Shown here: positions 1-9,798 of the stretch, one piece after another
How the letters are laid out: every line of letters starts with the position of its first letter
Numbering within the stretch: position 1 is the first letter of the stretch
Origin: Armatimonadota bacterium
GTDB taxonomy: Bacteria > Armatimonadota > HRBIN16
Direction of reading: 5' to 3'
Assembly (NCBI GenBank): GCA_026003195.1
Contig: BPGU01000005.1
Coordinates: forward strand, 129,851-193,850
DNA: 64,000 bases
Made by a program: the position numbers and the translations under genes
Notes under the pieces: model-generated
What the model was told of the DNA's origin: nothing
Databases searched by the model: none
The model's input: only the letters and a program-made list of their open reading frames with translations

Positions 1-432
1 GGTGGTGCACCTAAAGCGCCAGGCGGTGCAGGATCGACAGGCGGTGCAGGATCGACAGGCAATAGAGGCTACGGTGAGGATTACAGCTGGGTACACGATT
101 TTGCTCAGGGCTTGAGATCTCATGGTGCCAATCCTTACGTGACGGTAGGTGCCATGTTTGCGGATGATTTGCTTGTGCTCGGATTATCCATAGGAGCTTA
201 TCTGTGGCATCGCAGACGACGCAAGCGTGAGGACGACGATGAGGGCTCTCTCGCCGCTGCAGAGAGCAGACAGTCTCGTGGTACTGGTATAGTGGGCAAC
301 AGTCGCTTTGCGGTGCATGCCGACCCGTTCAGCATCATGCCCGGTGGACATATCCGGTTCCATTCCGATTACCGCAGACCTTCCCAGCACAGACTGAGAC
401 GTATGGAACGCGATATGGAGGGATTGCTCTGA
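1..432 (+). CDS. 3' part of a gene entering from outside the window; Gly-rich repeat and one predicted TM helix
   Basis: Frame 1 is open from base 1 (GGAPKAPGGAGSTGGAGSTG...) to TGA at 430-432; hydrophobic stretch LLVLGLSIGAYLW followed by a basic run. Confidence 0.7.
   Translation, partial: GGAPKAPGGAGSTGGAGSTGNRGYGEDYSWVHDFAQGLRSHGANPYVTVGAMFADDLLVLGLSIGAYLWHRRRRKREDDDEGSLAAAESRQSRGTGIVGNSRFAVHADPFSIMPGGHIRFHSDYRRPSQHRLRRMERDMEGLL
20..60 (+). repeat. 18-bp coding tandem repeat (about 2.3 copies)
   Basis: caggcggtgcaggatcga x2 plus caggc; encodes GGAGST repeats. Confidence 0.85.
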
Positions 433-512
433 TAGACGCTCTGCATTCCCAACAACCGCCTCGTACCGGCGCCGGACACCTGTTCCCCATCAAGCCTGAT
501 GCGGGACTGCTG

Positions 513-1025
513 ATGGAAAGGTTCGAGCAACCGGTGATGGCGCTGCTGAAGGCGATCCACGAGACCCGTTCCAGGCTGAACAGGTATCTGCCACAAGAGC
601 ATCTGGTATCGCTTCCCGCAGGTGAATCCGCCCTGCGTGGCACCGTCCGTCGTGTTCAGTCCATGCTGGAGAGCAGAGACCAGTTCGGCTGGCAATGGCG
701 CAAGCAGAACAGACTCTTCCTTCAGCAGATCCAGCCTGTGCCCGCCGAGACGCTTGCGATGAGTTACCTGCCTCTGATGTCTGTGTATCAGTATGCGATG
801 TCCCGGTATTTTGATAAACCAGTGCCGATAGAGGAGCACCAGTACGATGTTATCGGCGAGGGCGTTCCTCCTGTTCCGTCGGTCAACTTCTCGCCGACTG
901 TGCAGTCGAGCACGCCAATACGTTTGGTGTCACGTGCGTACGATGCTCCGTTGACCAGGATGGACAACATCCGTCGTTCGCGAGTGCTTGCCAGATTGAT
1001 GGATTCCGGTCGTGAGAGGATATGA
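513..1025 (+). CDS. hypothetical protein (may start upstream at CTG 429)
   Basis: 170-aa ORF coupled to the next gene by an ATGA overlap; frame is open upstream with GGAGG at 417-421. Confidence 0.7.
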   Translation: MERFEQPVMALLKAIHETRSRLNRYLPQEHLVSLPAGESALRGTVRRVQSMLESRDQFGWQWRKQNRLFLQQIQPVPAETLAMSYLPLMSVYQYAMSRYFDKPVPIEEHQYDVIGEGVPPVPSVNFSPTVQSSTPIRLVSRAYDAPLTRMDNIRRSRVLARLMDSGRERI

Positions 1026-1438
1026 GCAAAGAGACCACGCAGATACTGGATATGACTGTGCGTCAGGGCTCCCTGATGCCCGTGATATGGCAGGTGGTGG
1101 CTGTAGAGGGATCCGAGCAGGTGCACCTGCGCGGTAAGGTCATTCGCGTATTGATACGCGATACCGGCGTGCCGGAATACATCTCGGCCACCGTTCCCAG
1201 ATCGCGCATCCACGGCGGTCTGTACTTCATCCAGCCCGGCGTGATGCTGGTAAGCGCCCCTTACGGCAGTGACTGGTTACCTTCCGGTGGTGACTTGCAG
1301 TATGTTGCTGCGCCCATCGGTTTTGCCGATGCCGGAGTGCCTCAAGCCCCCACTGCCGGAACGCGGCGAGTTCTACTCCTGGTCTTATGTGGCTCAGATA
1401 GAGAACCACCGCCAGTTCTTTGTGCTCGCCACAGATGA
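1022..1438 (+). CDS. hypothetical protein; probably the true N-terminus of the following giant protein via a frameshift
   Basis: ATG with upstream GAGGA; overlaps the 1269 ORF by 170 bp; C5 run at 1347-1351. Confidence 0.6.
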   Translation: MSKETTQILDMTVRQGSLMPVIWQVVAVEGSEQVHLRGKVIRVLIRDTGVPEYISATVPRSRIHGGLYFIQPGVMLVSAPYGSDWLPSGGDLQYVAAPIGFADAGVPQAPTAGTRRVLLLVLCGSDREPPPVLCARHR

Positions 1439-4400
1439 ATACACATCGAAGGTGGAGGGCGAGATCATCAGGGGTCAGGGCGGTCGTACGGGACGGGTGC
1501 AGATAGTGGTCGGTCAGCCTGCATCGCCGCGCGTGAAGCAGACGCTGATGAGTCGTTCCGAGTTTACCGCTAAGAGGAACGTGCGTCGCTACCATCCCTA
1601 TCGGGACGAGTTTGAGGCGCCGGTGATGTCCGAATGGACTTCTCTGGTTCCACCGCTGATGTTCGTGCCCGAGCTGATGGAGAACGAGAGCTATACTCTG
1701 CTAGGCTATGTGAGTATCCAGGTACCTCCACAGTCCATCCAGATCCGCAGGGAGCACGAGGTGGAGACCCAGCCGGTGTTGAGGTCTTCTACACTGCACA
1801 AGTCCGTTCGGGCGAACCTGACACATGAGTGGACGATGCAGTTCGTTGTGGAGGGCGAGGATATCAACAACAGGCTGGTGCCACTGCTCCGGCAGATAGA
1901 CCGGTGTCCGTTCCTGCCCATTGTGAACATCATGTTCAACCAGATGGGCATCACCGAGGTGGTTGTGGAGAGCGTGGAGATCTCCACCATACAGGACTAT
2001 CCGAACGCCCTGCAGGTTCAGCTCTCCGGCAGGAAGTTCGATACCGGCGGACTCGGCTTCATGATGCCGTTCGGTCTCAACTTCAACTGGCCGCTGTTCA
2101 AACTGTACACGGACTACCTGCCCCGATTCCTGCCCATAGATATTCCGATGAACGGCAAGGTGCAGTTGCTGGTGCCGAGCGACGAGTACATCGCGCAGGT
2201 GCTGGACAGGTTCTTTGAGACGGGCAGGATCGGTGAGAAGCTCGGATTCGCTCCTGGCGGTGGCTCGTCACCAACGGTAACGGTACCGCCGGAGATACTT
2301 ACGCAGCCGAACATCGGACATTTTGCGCTGCTCTCGCTACCGGATGATCCGAACCGTGTCGGTCGGTATGAGGTCGTCCGTGTAGATAACCCCAGGCATT
2401 TCAAGCATCTGGCACGTGCGGTAATGGACGGTGTTGTGGAGGGGCTGGAAGCCAGATCCATCACCGTTTCAGGGGGCGATGTGCAGATCTCGCGCGGTGT
2501 CATCCCGAACAGCGAGCTGGAGCGTCTTATCCGCAACGTGGATAGCGGTAAGCAGGGGCTGGCCCGGTCTGCGATGGAGAGCGTTGCCTTCTGCTGGCGC
2601 ATGGATTCCATCGGTAAGGTCTCCCGGTCCGAGCTGAACTCCACGCTCTCCAGAGTGCTGAACGCCACCTTCCAGAGCAAGCCCAGAGAGCGTGCCAGAT
2701 CAGCCGGTCCGGTATCGGACGGCGTGCCCAGGGCAGTGGATAAGCCCGATATGGTTCCTTTCCTGCCGGAAGGTTTGAACGTGGTCTGGCAGTCCGTATC
2801 GGTTGGATTCTCCAATATCGTGTCGGCGTTGAGACGCGATGTGGGCGACCCTGTGATGCAGTATCTGGGCAAATCGGACATCACCATCGTGCTTCAGGGC
2901 GTCGCCGATGCGGAAGGTCTATCCGTGTTACGCTCGCTGTTTGACCGGTTCATCGCCATCACCTACCTGTTAAGGGGCATCAGCTTCATCCAGCCCATAC
3001 GCATCCATTTCCGGATAGAGAACGAGATAGCGCGGCTGATGGGATTGGAGGAGGTGGTGCCCATCTCGCTGGACGTACACAATCTGGAGGGCAGCCCGGA
3101 CGCTTATGTAGTGACACTGACGTTTGTGAGCATGGACCCTGGCGGTGTGCAGCGTCGTGCCATGCGCAGACTCTCGGACAATATCACGCGCTCCGAATCC
3201 ATGTTCACGCTCACCTATTCCGGACTGGACGCCTCAAAGGAGCTGGACAGGTTGACCGCGGCGCTCAGACGGAGCGAGCTCTATCCGGACTTGAGGTTGC
3301 CCACGTACGGTCTGTTGCTGGAGTGGTGTCGCGCTCTGGCTTATAACCAGGGCATGGCACGCGACTTTGTGAACGAATCCCTGCGCGGACTGGCGCCTGG
3401 ACTGGAGCCGCAATATTATGAGCGATATGTGGCCAGCATACGTCGCGAGATGGCGCGGTTCCTCAGGGAGATCGGAGAGACCGGCCTGGTCAACCGCATG
3501 AGTCGTACCCCGTACGTGTTCGCCGATCCGGACTTCTTCTTCCATGATGGCAACGGTATCGGTTCCATCATCCGCCGTTCTATCCGGCAGCAGTTGTCCA
3601 GAGGCGCCGATACCGATGTGGTGGCGTATGACGATACCGGCGTGCAGGCTTCCATCACGGGCAACAGCGGTCGGTACAACGTTGCCATACACGATTCGCA
3701 CCAGTCGCTGGCGCAGTCCCTGCAAGAGGTGGCACGGCGCACGGTGGTCAATCATCCGTCTCTGGTTCACAGGGAGCAGGATATGTCCGAGTTGAACAGC
3801 TCCATCCTGCAGTCCTTTGTGGACCTGTCTGCAGAGTCTGCCGGTGTCTCCGAGGATCCGCTGGCGGCATCTGCGAGAGACCAGTCCGGCGCCTATCGGG
3901 AGTTCAGCGACAGGTTCAGGGATGCTTATGCCATCAAACGCAGTGATATCCTCATGCGCTACGATTACGATGTGCGGGACGATTCGCCTGCGCAGATGGT
4001 ATCGCAGCTGGAGAACGGTTCCATCAACCAGATGTATCTGGCCGCTCAGGCGCTACGTCAGCTCTTTGAAGGCAGGTCCGAGATAGACTTCCGTGAAGCC
4101 GCCCCTGTATCCGGTGTAGCCGGTGGCGTGATGCGCATCATCGACAGCGCGGTGGATTCGATGGTGCAACAGGCGGCTAATCCGCCGCTGGACAAGAGTT
4201 TCAAGGTGACCAACGCCGCCACGGACGCTCAGGTTCCCGCCACGTGGACGGTTGTGTGGAAGCCGGTACGCTGGGGACTTACCGTGCGAGTGTTGAGGCT
4301 GGTCGCGCCCAAACTCAAATCGTTCATGATGGGCATGATTGAACAGGAGTCCGGTTTCAATCCGTTCGCGGACTCCGGCAAGGCTTACGGTATCGGTCAG

Positions 4401-7400
4401 TTCACCGACGCCACGTGGAACGGTCTGCTCTCCAGCGGGAGGTTCGGCATCTATCTGCTCCGGGGCGGTCAGCGTAACTCGCCAGTCTCCGGTCCGGGCA
4501 GATGGGACGCGGCTACCATCATGAGTCTCTATTACCTGATGGAGCTGGTTACCGATGCGGTGTATAACGTGGTAGGCAAGGACGAACAGGTCCGTGATGA
4601 CTTTGCCGAGTATCTCTGTTTTGACCAGCCCGGTCTCAAGGCGAAGGTGAAGTCGGATCCGACCGCCGTGTTGAACGCGCCGGCGGGCTCCTCCGTTGCC
4701 GAGCGGTTACTGGTGCTCGGAGCCTGTCTGTACAACGCCGGACCGCAGGCTCTGCGTTCGGTGTTGAGGCAACTCGCTTCCAATGTGCGTTCGGGCAAAC
4801 GGGGCGCATCGTTGTTTGCGGTATCCCGAACGGACAGAGACCATGGCAGACTGGTCTATGAGCGGTATCAGAAGTGGTTGTCCAGATTGCCTTCAGGCGG
4901 TTCCGCAGGGATGACGTCGCAGCATCAGGAGGTATCGCATGTGAGCGGAGTCAATCCGACTTACTCGCCTGCGGTGCTTCGCCGGCCGGAGTATCAGCTA
5001 CCGGAGAACGCCGGTGATCCGTTCTACGATGTGCATAACGTCAAGAACTTCCCGCTCCTGCAGCTCACCGGCTGGTCGGATATGGCAAGGCATCAGCCTC
5101 ACGGCAGACTGCTCCAGTGTTTCCCCACCTACTGCATGTTGCTGGTTCAGGGCGGGCGCTGGGTACGCTGGACACGGTTCTGGGACCACTTCTACGGGCT
5201 GTTCTCCGTGATGTCCATCGATGTGCACAAGTCCAGAGAGAGTCCGCAGCATACGGCGGAGATCATCCTGGCGAACTCGTATCGGCAGCTCAGTAACCTG
5301 ACGGTCACGCAGGCTTACGCTCAGGCGGCTATAGCGGGCATGAGACCGTTCCAGTATGTGCAGGGCGAGGAGTTGATGCGCGGTAGCACCGGCAGCGACG
5401 CCACCGATTTCCTGGTGCAGCTGGTGAAGTCTGTGCAGAACTCGCTATTCCCGTTGCTGGGCGATTATGAGCGTCACGTCTGGAACCAGGAGATGAAGGC
5501 GCTCTTCCTGCATCCTGGCGAGCGTGTGCATCTGAGGATCGGTTATGGAGCCGATGCGGCGGCGTTACCGGTGGTCTTTAACGGTACCATCGCCAGCGTG
5601 GATATACAGGGCAGCGTCATCCGCATGCTGGCGCTCGGTGATGGGCGCGAGTTCCTGCGCGAGATCGCCACAGAAGGTCAGCCCTACAAGAACTCCAACC
5701 TGCTTGGGCAGACGGTAGAGGTGCGCAATATCCTGATAGATATGCTCGTATCCAGACGGGCGGACTCCATACCGGTTATCGGACCGGTGGTGTACACCTT
5801 CTCGGCGGGCGGTCTGCTCAACGATTCCCGGTTCGGTATAGAGAGCTTCGGTCGCATCGAGGCGCTTGCAGGTTCCACCGTCTTGCAGGACGTGAAGTCC
5901 GGTAACGTGAGTGTGCGCACTTTCAAGATACTGGGCATGGCCAGCTTCCAGGCGGGTGAGGGCGAGGTCGGTGTCAACATCTACAACAGTCAGCGTGATT
6001 CCAGCAATATCAGCATCGGCATGTTGCCTTTGCTGGACACGCTCACGCTGGGACTGTCCCAGATGGCACGCAACGGAGACTATATCGCCATCGAGTTGAA
6101 GCAGGGCACGGTATGGGACGTGTTCCGCAACTGCCAGCTGGCGGTGCTGGATGCTCTGATGAGCGTGGAGCCGTTCGGTTTGAGGAGCACTCTGTTCTTT
6201 GGACGCGGTAACCAGGCGTTGCATTACGATTACTACGATGCCGCCCAGATTGAGGCGCTCGGCTTGCCCGATGTGGCTTCGCATATCGCGCTCGGTGGAT
6301 ACTGGCGCATCATGAAGTTCAAGCAGTATCGGCAGTATCATCTGGCGGTATCCGAATGGAACCTCATTGCGAACGAGTTGACCGCATCGTCCGAGCGCAT
6401 GTGGAACGAGGTACAGAGTTTTGACGCGGAGGGCGTGCCCGGCAACAAGTTCACATTCGACCCGGCGATAGTGCCTGAGGAGCGCAAGCCTCTCTCTTTC
6501 CACTCCGCGTTGTCCACCACGCTCATGTCGCAGCTGTCGCTCGGTGCCGAGAGCAACTGGATATCCGTGCTCGCCAGGATAGGTATCGTGCGTAACCTGA
6601 TAGGGGAACGCGCCGGGCTGGCGATGCCTATTCGTGCGGTGAACAACGTGTCCGCCAACCTGGTGCGCGAGGGCGTGTCGCTCATGTATGACGGTTCCAT
6701 CGTGCTGGCAGGCGCGGCGGAGATTAAACCTCACGATTTCCTGTTCATCAGCGACCAGCTCCGCGCCATGCAGGGCACTGTGGTGGTGCGTGAGGTAGAG
6801 CATCACTTCTCCACGCAGCACGGTTATACCACGCTGATAGTGCCCGATGCGTGCGTGCTCGGTAACGGCGACCTGGACACCATCAACATCGTGCAGGCTT
6901 CCAAACAGGCGTGGAACCTCATACAGTTCTACCGGATGCGATCGGAGTTGTTGCTGATATATCGTTGCTATCTGATGGGCGTTCTGTACGGCGCCTCCAT
7001 GGCGCTTGGCAGGTTGCGGTTCATCACGCGCAGGATACCGGGCGCGGACAGGATGATGGACCGGTTCCTGGCGCTCATGTCGTCCGGTATGCAGCGGTTG
7101 AAGCCCACCAGGCAAGAGGTATGGAAGCTGGTGGTGAATGCGTTCAACTCGTCCCGCTACCTTGCCAATGACTTCTTTGGCACGCTGTTCCACGGCGCGT
7201 GGACGGTGAGAAGTATGGCGGACACACTGCGCGGTCTGGCGCTGGACAGTCTCGGTGCGGTTCGGTCACTGCTCAGTGGGCGCGGTATAGAGGCGTTCGG
7301 TAACGTGGCGTCCGCCGTGCAGAGACTCGCCGGACTGGGTGCAGCCAGACCGATATTTGCACTGCGTAACGTCGCTTCGGCTGTGGTCAAAGCGGTGGGC

Positions 7401-8324
7401 ACGCGCGGTAACCTGTTGTTGCTGTTGACTGGCGGAATCGTGGAGATGGTCAATCGCAAGCTGAACAGTTACTACTGTTGTCGTCTGTATCCGGTGCGCG
7501 TGAACGGGATGCCCCTGACCGCTGGTATACGCGGTCACTTTGGCACGGTGGAGGGCGACGATCCGGCGCCGATGCAGCGCGTGATGGATATCCTGACTCT
7601 GCAGGGGCTGAACATAGAGGAGCAGTCCCCTGCCGTTCTCAAAATGGGCGCCTCGCTGGTGAAGTTGTTGTGGCCGTTACAGCGCAACGTGAAGGCGACG
7701 CCAGGCACGGCGGACGAGGAGCTGGAGAACGCCAGACAGCAGTTCGAGCGACGCAGCCGATACGACATGATGGGCGTGTTCGGTAGCGTGGCGGAGATCT
7801 ATGGAGTGTCCGCTCCCACGTTACGGGAGGGTTCGGACGAGCTGGTGCGGCGTGAGCCGTTCCGCAGGAGCACGGTAGGCTACGCCCGTGGTGATGATCC
7901 CGCCAAGGGCGACTATCTCCTGGACTACATGCAGCCTCAGGCTTCGGCGATACTGAGGCAGCTGGTTCAGGAGCTCAGGCGACGCGGGGTGCAGGTGGCC
8001 ATCCATCAGGGCAGGCGTTCGCTGGAGGAACAGCGCAGACTCTATGCCCAGTTGCAGAGCGGGCAGCGTGGCAAAGCGGTTGCCAAACCGACGCCCGGTG
8101 CGCCTCATGTGTCCGGTAGAGCGATAGATGTGCAGTACAGGTATCCGGACGGCACATACCGGAGCTCACCGCCTCCTGACCAGGAGCGCATCATCCTGCA
8201 GGTGGTGCGGGAGTTCAACGTGCGGTACGCGCCTGCAAAGGTGCGCTGGCTGGGCGATCGCAGTCGGTATTCGGGCAGCGTGTATGAGCCCTGGCACTTT
8301 GACGTCTCCTTGCCTGGAAGCTAG
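1269..8324 (+). CDS. giant baseplate hub / tail-associated lysin with SLT-like lytic transglycosylase and C-terminal M15-family peptidase
   Basis: Motifs IEQESGFNP..AYGIGQF..TW and YNAGP (SLT); RSLEEQRRLY..HVSGRAID..EPWHFD (M15); tail-module context. Confidence 0.8.
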   Translation: MTGYLPVVTCSMLLRPSVLPMPECLKPPLPERGEFYSWSYVAQIENHRQFFVLATDEYTSKVEGEIIRGQGGRTGRVQIVVGQPASPRVKQTLMSRSEFTAKRNVRRYHPYRDEFEAPVMSEWTSLVPPLMFVPELMENESYTLLGYVSIQVPPQSIQIRREHEVETQPVLRSSTLHKSVRANLTHEWTMQFVVEGEDINNRLVPLLRQIDRCPFLPIVNIMFNQMGITEVVVESVEISTIQDYPNALQVQLSGRKFDTGGLGFMMPFGLNFNWPLFKLYTDYLPRFLPIDIPMNGKVQLLVPSDEYIAQVLDRFFETGRIGEKLGFAPGGGSSPTVTVPPEILTQPNIGHFALLSLPDDPNRVGRYEVVRVDNPRHFKHLARAVMDGVVEGLEARSITVSGGDVQISRGVIPNSELERLIRNVDSGKQGLARSAMESVAFCWRMDSIGKVSRSELNSTLSRVLNATFQSKPRERARSAGPVSDGVPRAVDKPDMVPFLPEGLNVVWQSVSVGFSNIVSALRRDVGDPVMQYLGKSDITIVLQGVADAEGLSVLRSLFDRFIAITYLLRGISFIQPIRIHFRIENEIARLMGLEEVVPISLDVHNLEGSPDAYVVTLTFVSMDPGGVQRRAMRRLSDNITRSESMFTLTYSGLDASKELDRLTAALRRSELYPDLRLPTYGLLLEWCRALAYNQGMARDFVNESLRGLAPGLEPQYYERYVASIRREMARFLREIGETGLVNRMSRTPYVFADPDFFFHDGNGIGSIIRRSIRQQLSRGADTDVVAYDDTGVQASITGNSGRYNVAIHDSHQSLAQSLQEVARRTVVNHPSLVHREQDMSELNSSILQSFVDLSAESAGVSEDPLAASARDQSGAYREFSDRFRDAYAIKRSDILMRYDYDVRDDSPAQMVSQLENGSINQMYLAAQALRQLFEGRSEIDFREAAPVSGVAGGVMRIIDSAVDSMVQQAANPPLDKSFKVTNAATDAQVPATWTVVWKPVRWGLTVRVLRLVAPKLKSFMMGMIEQESGFNPFADSGKAYGIGQFTDATWNGLLSSGRFGIYLLRGGQRNSPVSGPGRWDAATIMSLYYLMELVTDAVYNVVGKDEQVRDDFAEYLCFDQPGLKAKVKSDPTAVLNAPAGSSVAERLLVLGACLYNAGPQALRSVLRQLASNVRSGKRGASLFAVSRTDRDHGRLVYERYQKWLSRLPSGGSAGMTSQHQEVSHVSGVNPTYSPAVLRRPEYQLPENAGDPFYDVHNVKNFPLLQLTGWSDMARHQPHGRLLQCFPTYCMLLVQGGRWVRWTRFWDHFYGLFSVMSIDVHKSRESPQHTAEIILANSYRQLSNLTVTQAYAQAAIAGMRPFQYVQGEELMRGSTGSDATDFLVQLVKSVQNSLFPLLGDYERHVWNQEMKALFLHPGERVHLRIGYGADAAALPVVFNGTIASVDIQGSVIRMLALGDGREFLREIATEGQPYKNSNLLGQTVEVRNILIDMLVSRRADSIPVIGPVVYTFSAGGLLNDSRFGIESFGRIEALAGSTVLQDVKSGNVSVRTFKILGMASFQAGEGEVGVNIYNSQRDSSNISIGMLPLLDTLTLGLSQMARNGDYIAIELKQGTVWDVFRNCQLAVLDALMSVEPFGLRSTLFFGRGNQALHYDYYDAAQIEALGLPDVASHIALGGYWRIMKFKQYRQYHLAVSEWNLIANELTASSERMWNEVQSFDAEGVPGNKFTFDPAIVPEERKPLSFHSALSTTLMSQLSLGAESNWISVLARIGIVRNLIGERAGLAMPIRAVNNVSANLVREGVSLMYDGSIVLAGAAEIKPHDFLFISDQLRAMQGTVVVREVEHHFSTQHGYTTLIVPDACVLGNGDLDTINIVQASKQAWNLIQFYRMRSELLLIYRCYLMGVLYGASMALGRLRFITRRIPGADRMMDRFLALMSSGMQRLKPTRQEVWKLVVNAFNSSRYLANDFFGTLFHGAWTVRSMADTLRGLALDSLGAVRSLLSGRGIEAFGNVASAVQRLAGLGAARPIFALRNVASAVVKAVGTRGNLLLLLTGGIVEMVNRKLNSYYCCRLYPVRVNGMPLTAGIRGHFGTVEGDDPAPMQRVMDILTLQGLNIEEQSPAVLKMGASLVKLLWPLQRNVKATPGTADEELENARQQFERRSRYDMMGVFGSVAEIYGVSAPTLREGSDELVRREPFRRSTVGYARGDDPAKGDYLLDYMQPQASAILRQLVQELRRRGVQVAIHQGRRSLEEQRRLYAQLQSGQRGKAVAKPTPGAPHVSGRAIDVQYRYPDGTYRSSPPPDQERIILQVVREFNVRYAPAKVRWLGDRSRYSGSVYEPWHFDVSLPGS

Positions 8325-8740
8325 TGCCAATTAGTTTAAGGAGTGATGTTATGCTATCCGGTTCCATCAAGAGGCAGATAGGTCAGTCCGTTCAGAACAC
8401 CTGCACTTCTGTGGCGGCGGAGGTGTTCGGCGATCCCATTCGCATGCCGGACGGCACCTATCAGGTGGTGGTGGAGATGATAGGTGGCGGTTACGGCGGT
8501 CGTTCCACGCTGGTGGCGGTGTACACGGACCAGCAGACGGGGGTGACCGGTGCGAGTTTAAAGAGCGGCGATCTGGTGCTCGTCTCGTTTGACGAGAAGG
8601 GGAGCGCCTCGCCCCGTATCACCAGCGTCATCTCCAGATACACCGCTTTCAGCAACCAGAGCATCCGCAGTCGCCCTGCGGTGTCCGATGCAACTCGTGC
8701 GGACACCACATCGATGATGGTGGTAGGTGGTGCGCCATGA
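8324..8740 (+). CDS. putative baseplate spike/gpV-like OB-fold protein
   Basis: LKSGDLVLVSF....SPRI resembles the gpV/gp5 OB-fold motif; lies between hub and gp25; alternative start ATG 8351. Confidence 0.5.
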   Translation: MPISLRSDVMLSGSIKRQIGQSVQNTCTSVAAEVFGDPIRMPDGTYQVVVEMIGGGYGGRSTLVAVYTDQQTGVTGASLKSGDLVLVSFDEKGSASPRITSVISRYTAFSNQSIRSRPAVSDATRADTTSMMVVGGAP

Positions 8741-8786
8741 GTGCCGGAGGTGGTGCGCCATGAGTGCCGGAGGTGTTATGCCATGA
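8725..8786 (+). repeat. 23-bp tandem duplication spanning a stop codon and RBS
   Basis: aggtggtgcgccatgagtgccgg x2 followed by the variant aggtgttatgccatga. Confidence 0.85.
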
Positions 8787-9352
8787 CGCTGGCGGAGAGT
8801 CTGGATGCACTGTTCGAGTTGATGGAGCGAAGCGAGCGGGATGTGGCGGTAGCGCAGGGCGACGAGCTGGTGGTAGCGCATCCGCAGGGCAGGCACGGAC
8901 TGTTTGTGCGGGACGGCGGGTTCGTGGATATAGCGTCCGGCACTCAGGTAGTCGGACTGAACAGCATGGGACTGGTTGCGGACCTGAACGTGCTGGACTG
9001 CAGGGCGTCGGTGGTGTCGATCAACACGCAGTCGCTGTGGATAAACACGTTGCCTGGCGGGTTAATAGTGGACGGATACGCCGCCGACGCAGGTATCCTG
9101 CATGGCGAGTTGATAGGTCGCTATCTGCGGGACGCGAAGGTGGTTATCACCAGAGGTTCGCTGAAGCAGATCCAGAAGGCGCGTGGTGATAAGGCTTCCA
9201 GTCCCGTAGAGTCCCCGGTCTGTCAGGAATGTCCCAATCTGGTATCGGTGCCGTTGTCCAGCCTCATCGAGCCGTTCGGCTGGAGCAGACCGCTGGATGC
9301 GAAGTTGCTCAGCAGGTTCAATCAGGTATTGAACAGGGTGAGAGGGCTATGA
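8783..9352 (+). CDS. putative baseplate/tail protein
   Basis: ATG 8783 with GGAGGT RBS; ATGA overlap with the next gene. Confidence 0.65.
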   Translation: MTLAESLDALFELMERSERDVAVAQGDELVVAHPQGRHGLFVRDGGFVDIASGTQVVGLNSMGLVADLNVLDCRASVVSINTQSLWINTLPGGLIVDGYAADAGILHGELIGRYLRDAKVVITRGSLKQIQKARGDKASSPVESPVCQECPNLVSVPLSSLIEPFGWSRPLDAKLLSRFNQVLNRVRGL

Positions 9353-9798
9353 GAGACCTTACTATCCAGACGGCGCGTGTGGACCGGTTTGTAGATATCC
9401 AGCTGGAGCCGAACGGTGATCTCAAGCTGTTACCGAACGGCGACCTTGCGCTGGATGACGATATAGACGCGGTGGAGCAGGCTATCCGCTGGCGGCTGTT
9501 GACGGAGCTGGGCAGCTGGTATCTGGAGCCGGAGTGCGGTAGCGAGATACTCTCCTTTGCAGGGCGACCGAACTCGCCGGAGACGGCGCAGCTGGTGGAG
9601 TCGGAGATATACAGGGCGCTCTCTCATGACGGCTTCATCATGCCCGATGAGATAGAGATACATACCGCGCCTCTGGACGCCAGTCGGATGACGGTGATCC
9701 TGATGGTGCGGGAGGCGCTCGGTGTGGAACGCGCAGCCTTCCAGTTTGAACTGAACCTCATATCTGGAGAGCTTACGGGATGGCAGAGAATCGCTTGA
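9349..9798 (+). CDS. gp25/GPW-like baseplate wedge protein
   Basis: GDL repeats, VEQAIRWRLLTELGSWYLEPECGSEI, EIYRALSHD; start re-set to ATG 9349. Confidence 0.8.
   Translation: MRDLTIQTARVDRFVDIQLEPNGDLKLLPNGDLALDDDIDAVEQAIRWRLLTELGSWYLEPECGSEILSFAGRPNSPETAQLVESEIYRALSHDGFIMPDEIEIHTAPLDASRMTVILMVREALGVERAAFQFELNLISGELTGWQRIA

Noticed and set aside
5565-7193. 542-aa minus-strand ORF and other long antisense ORFs
   Set aside because: Shadow frames of GC-rich coding sequence; His/Gln/Arg-skewed with no motifs
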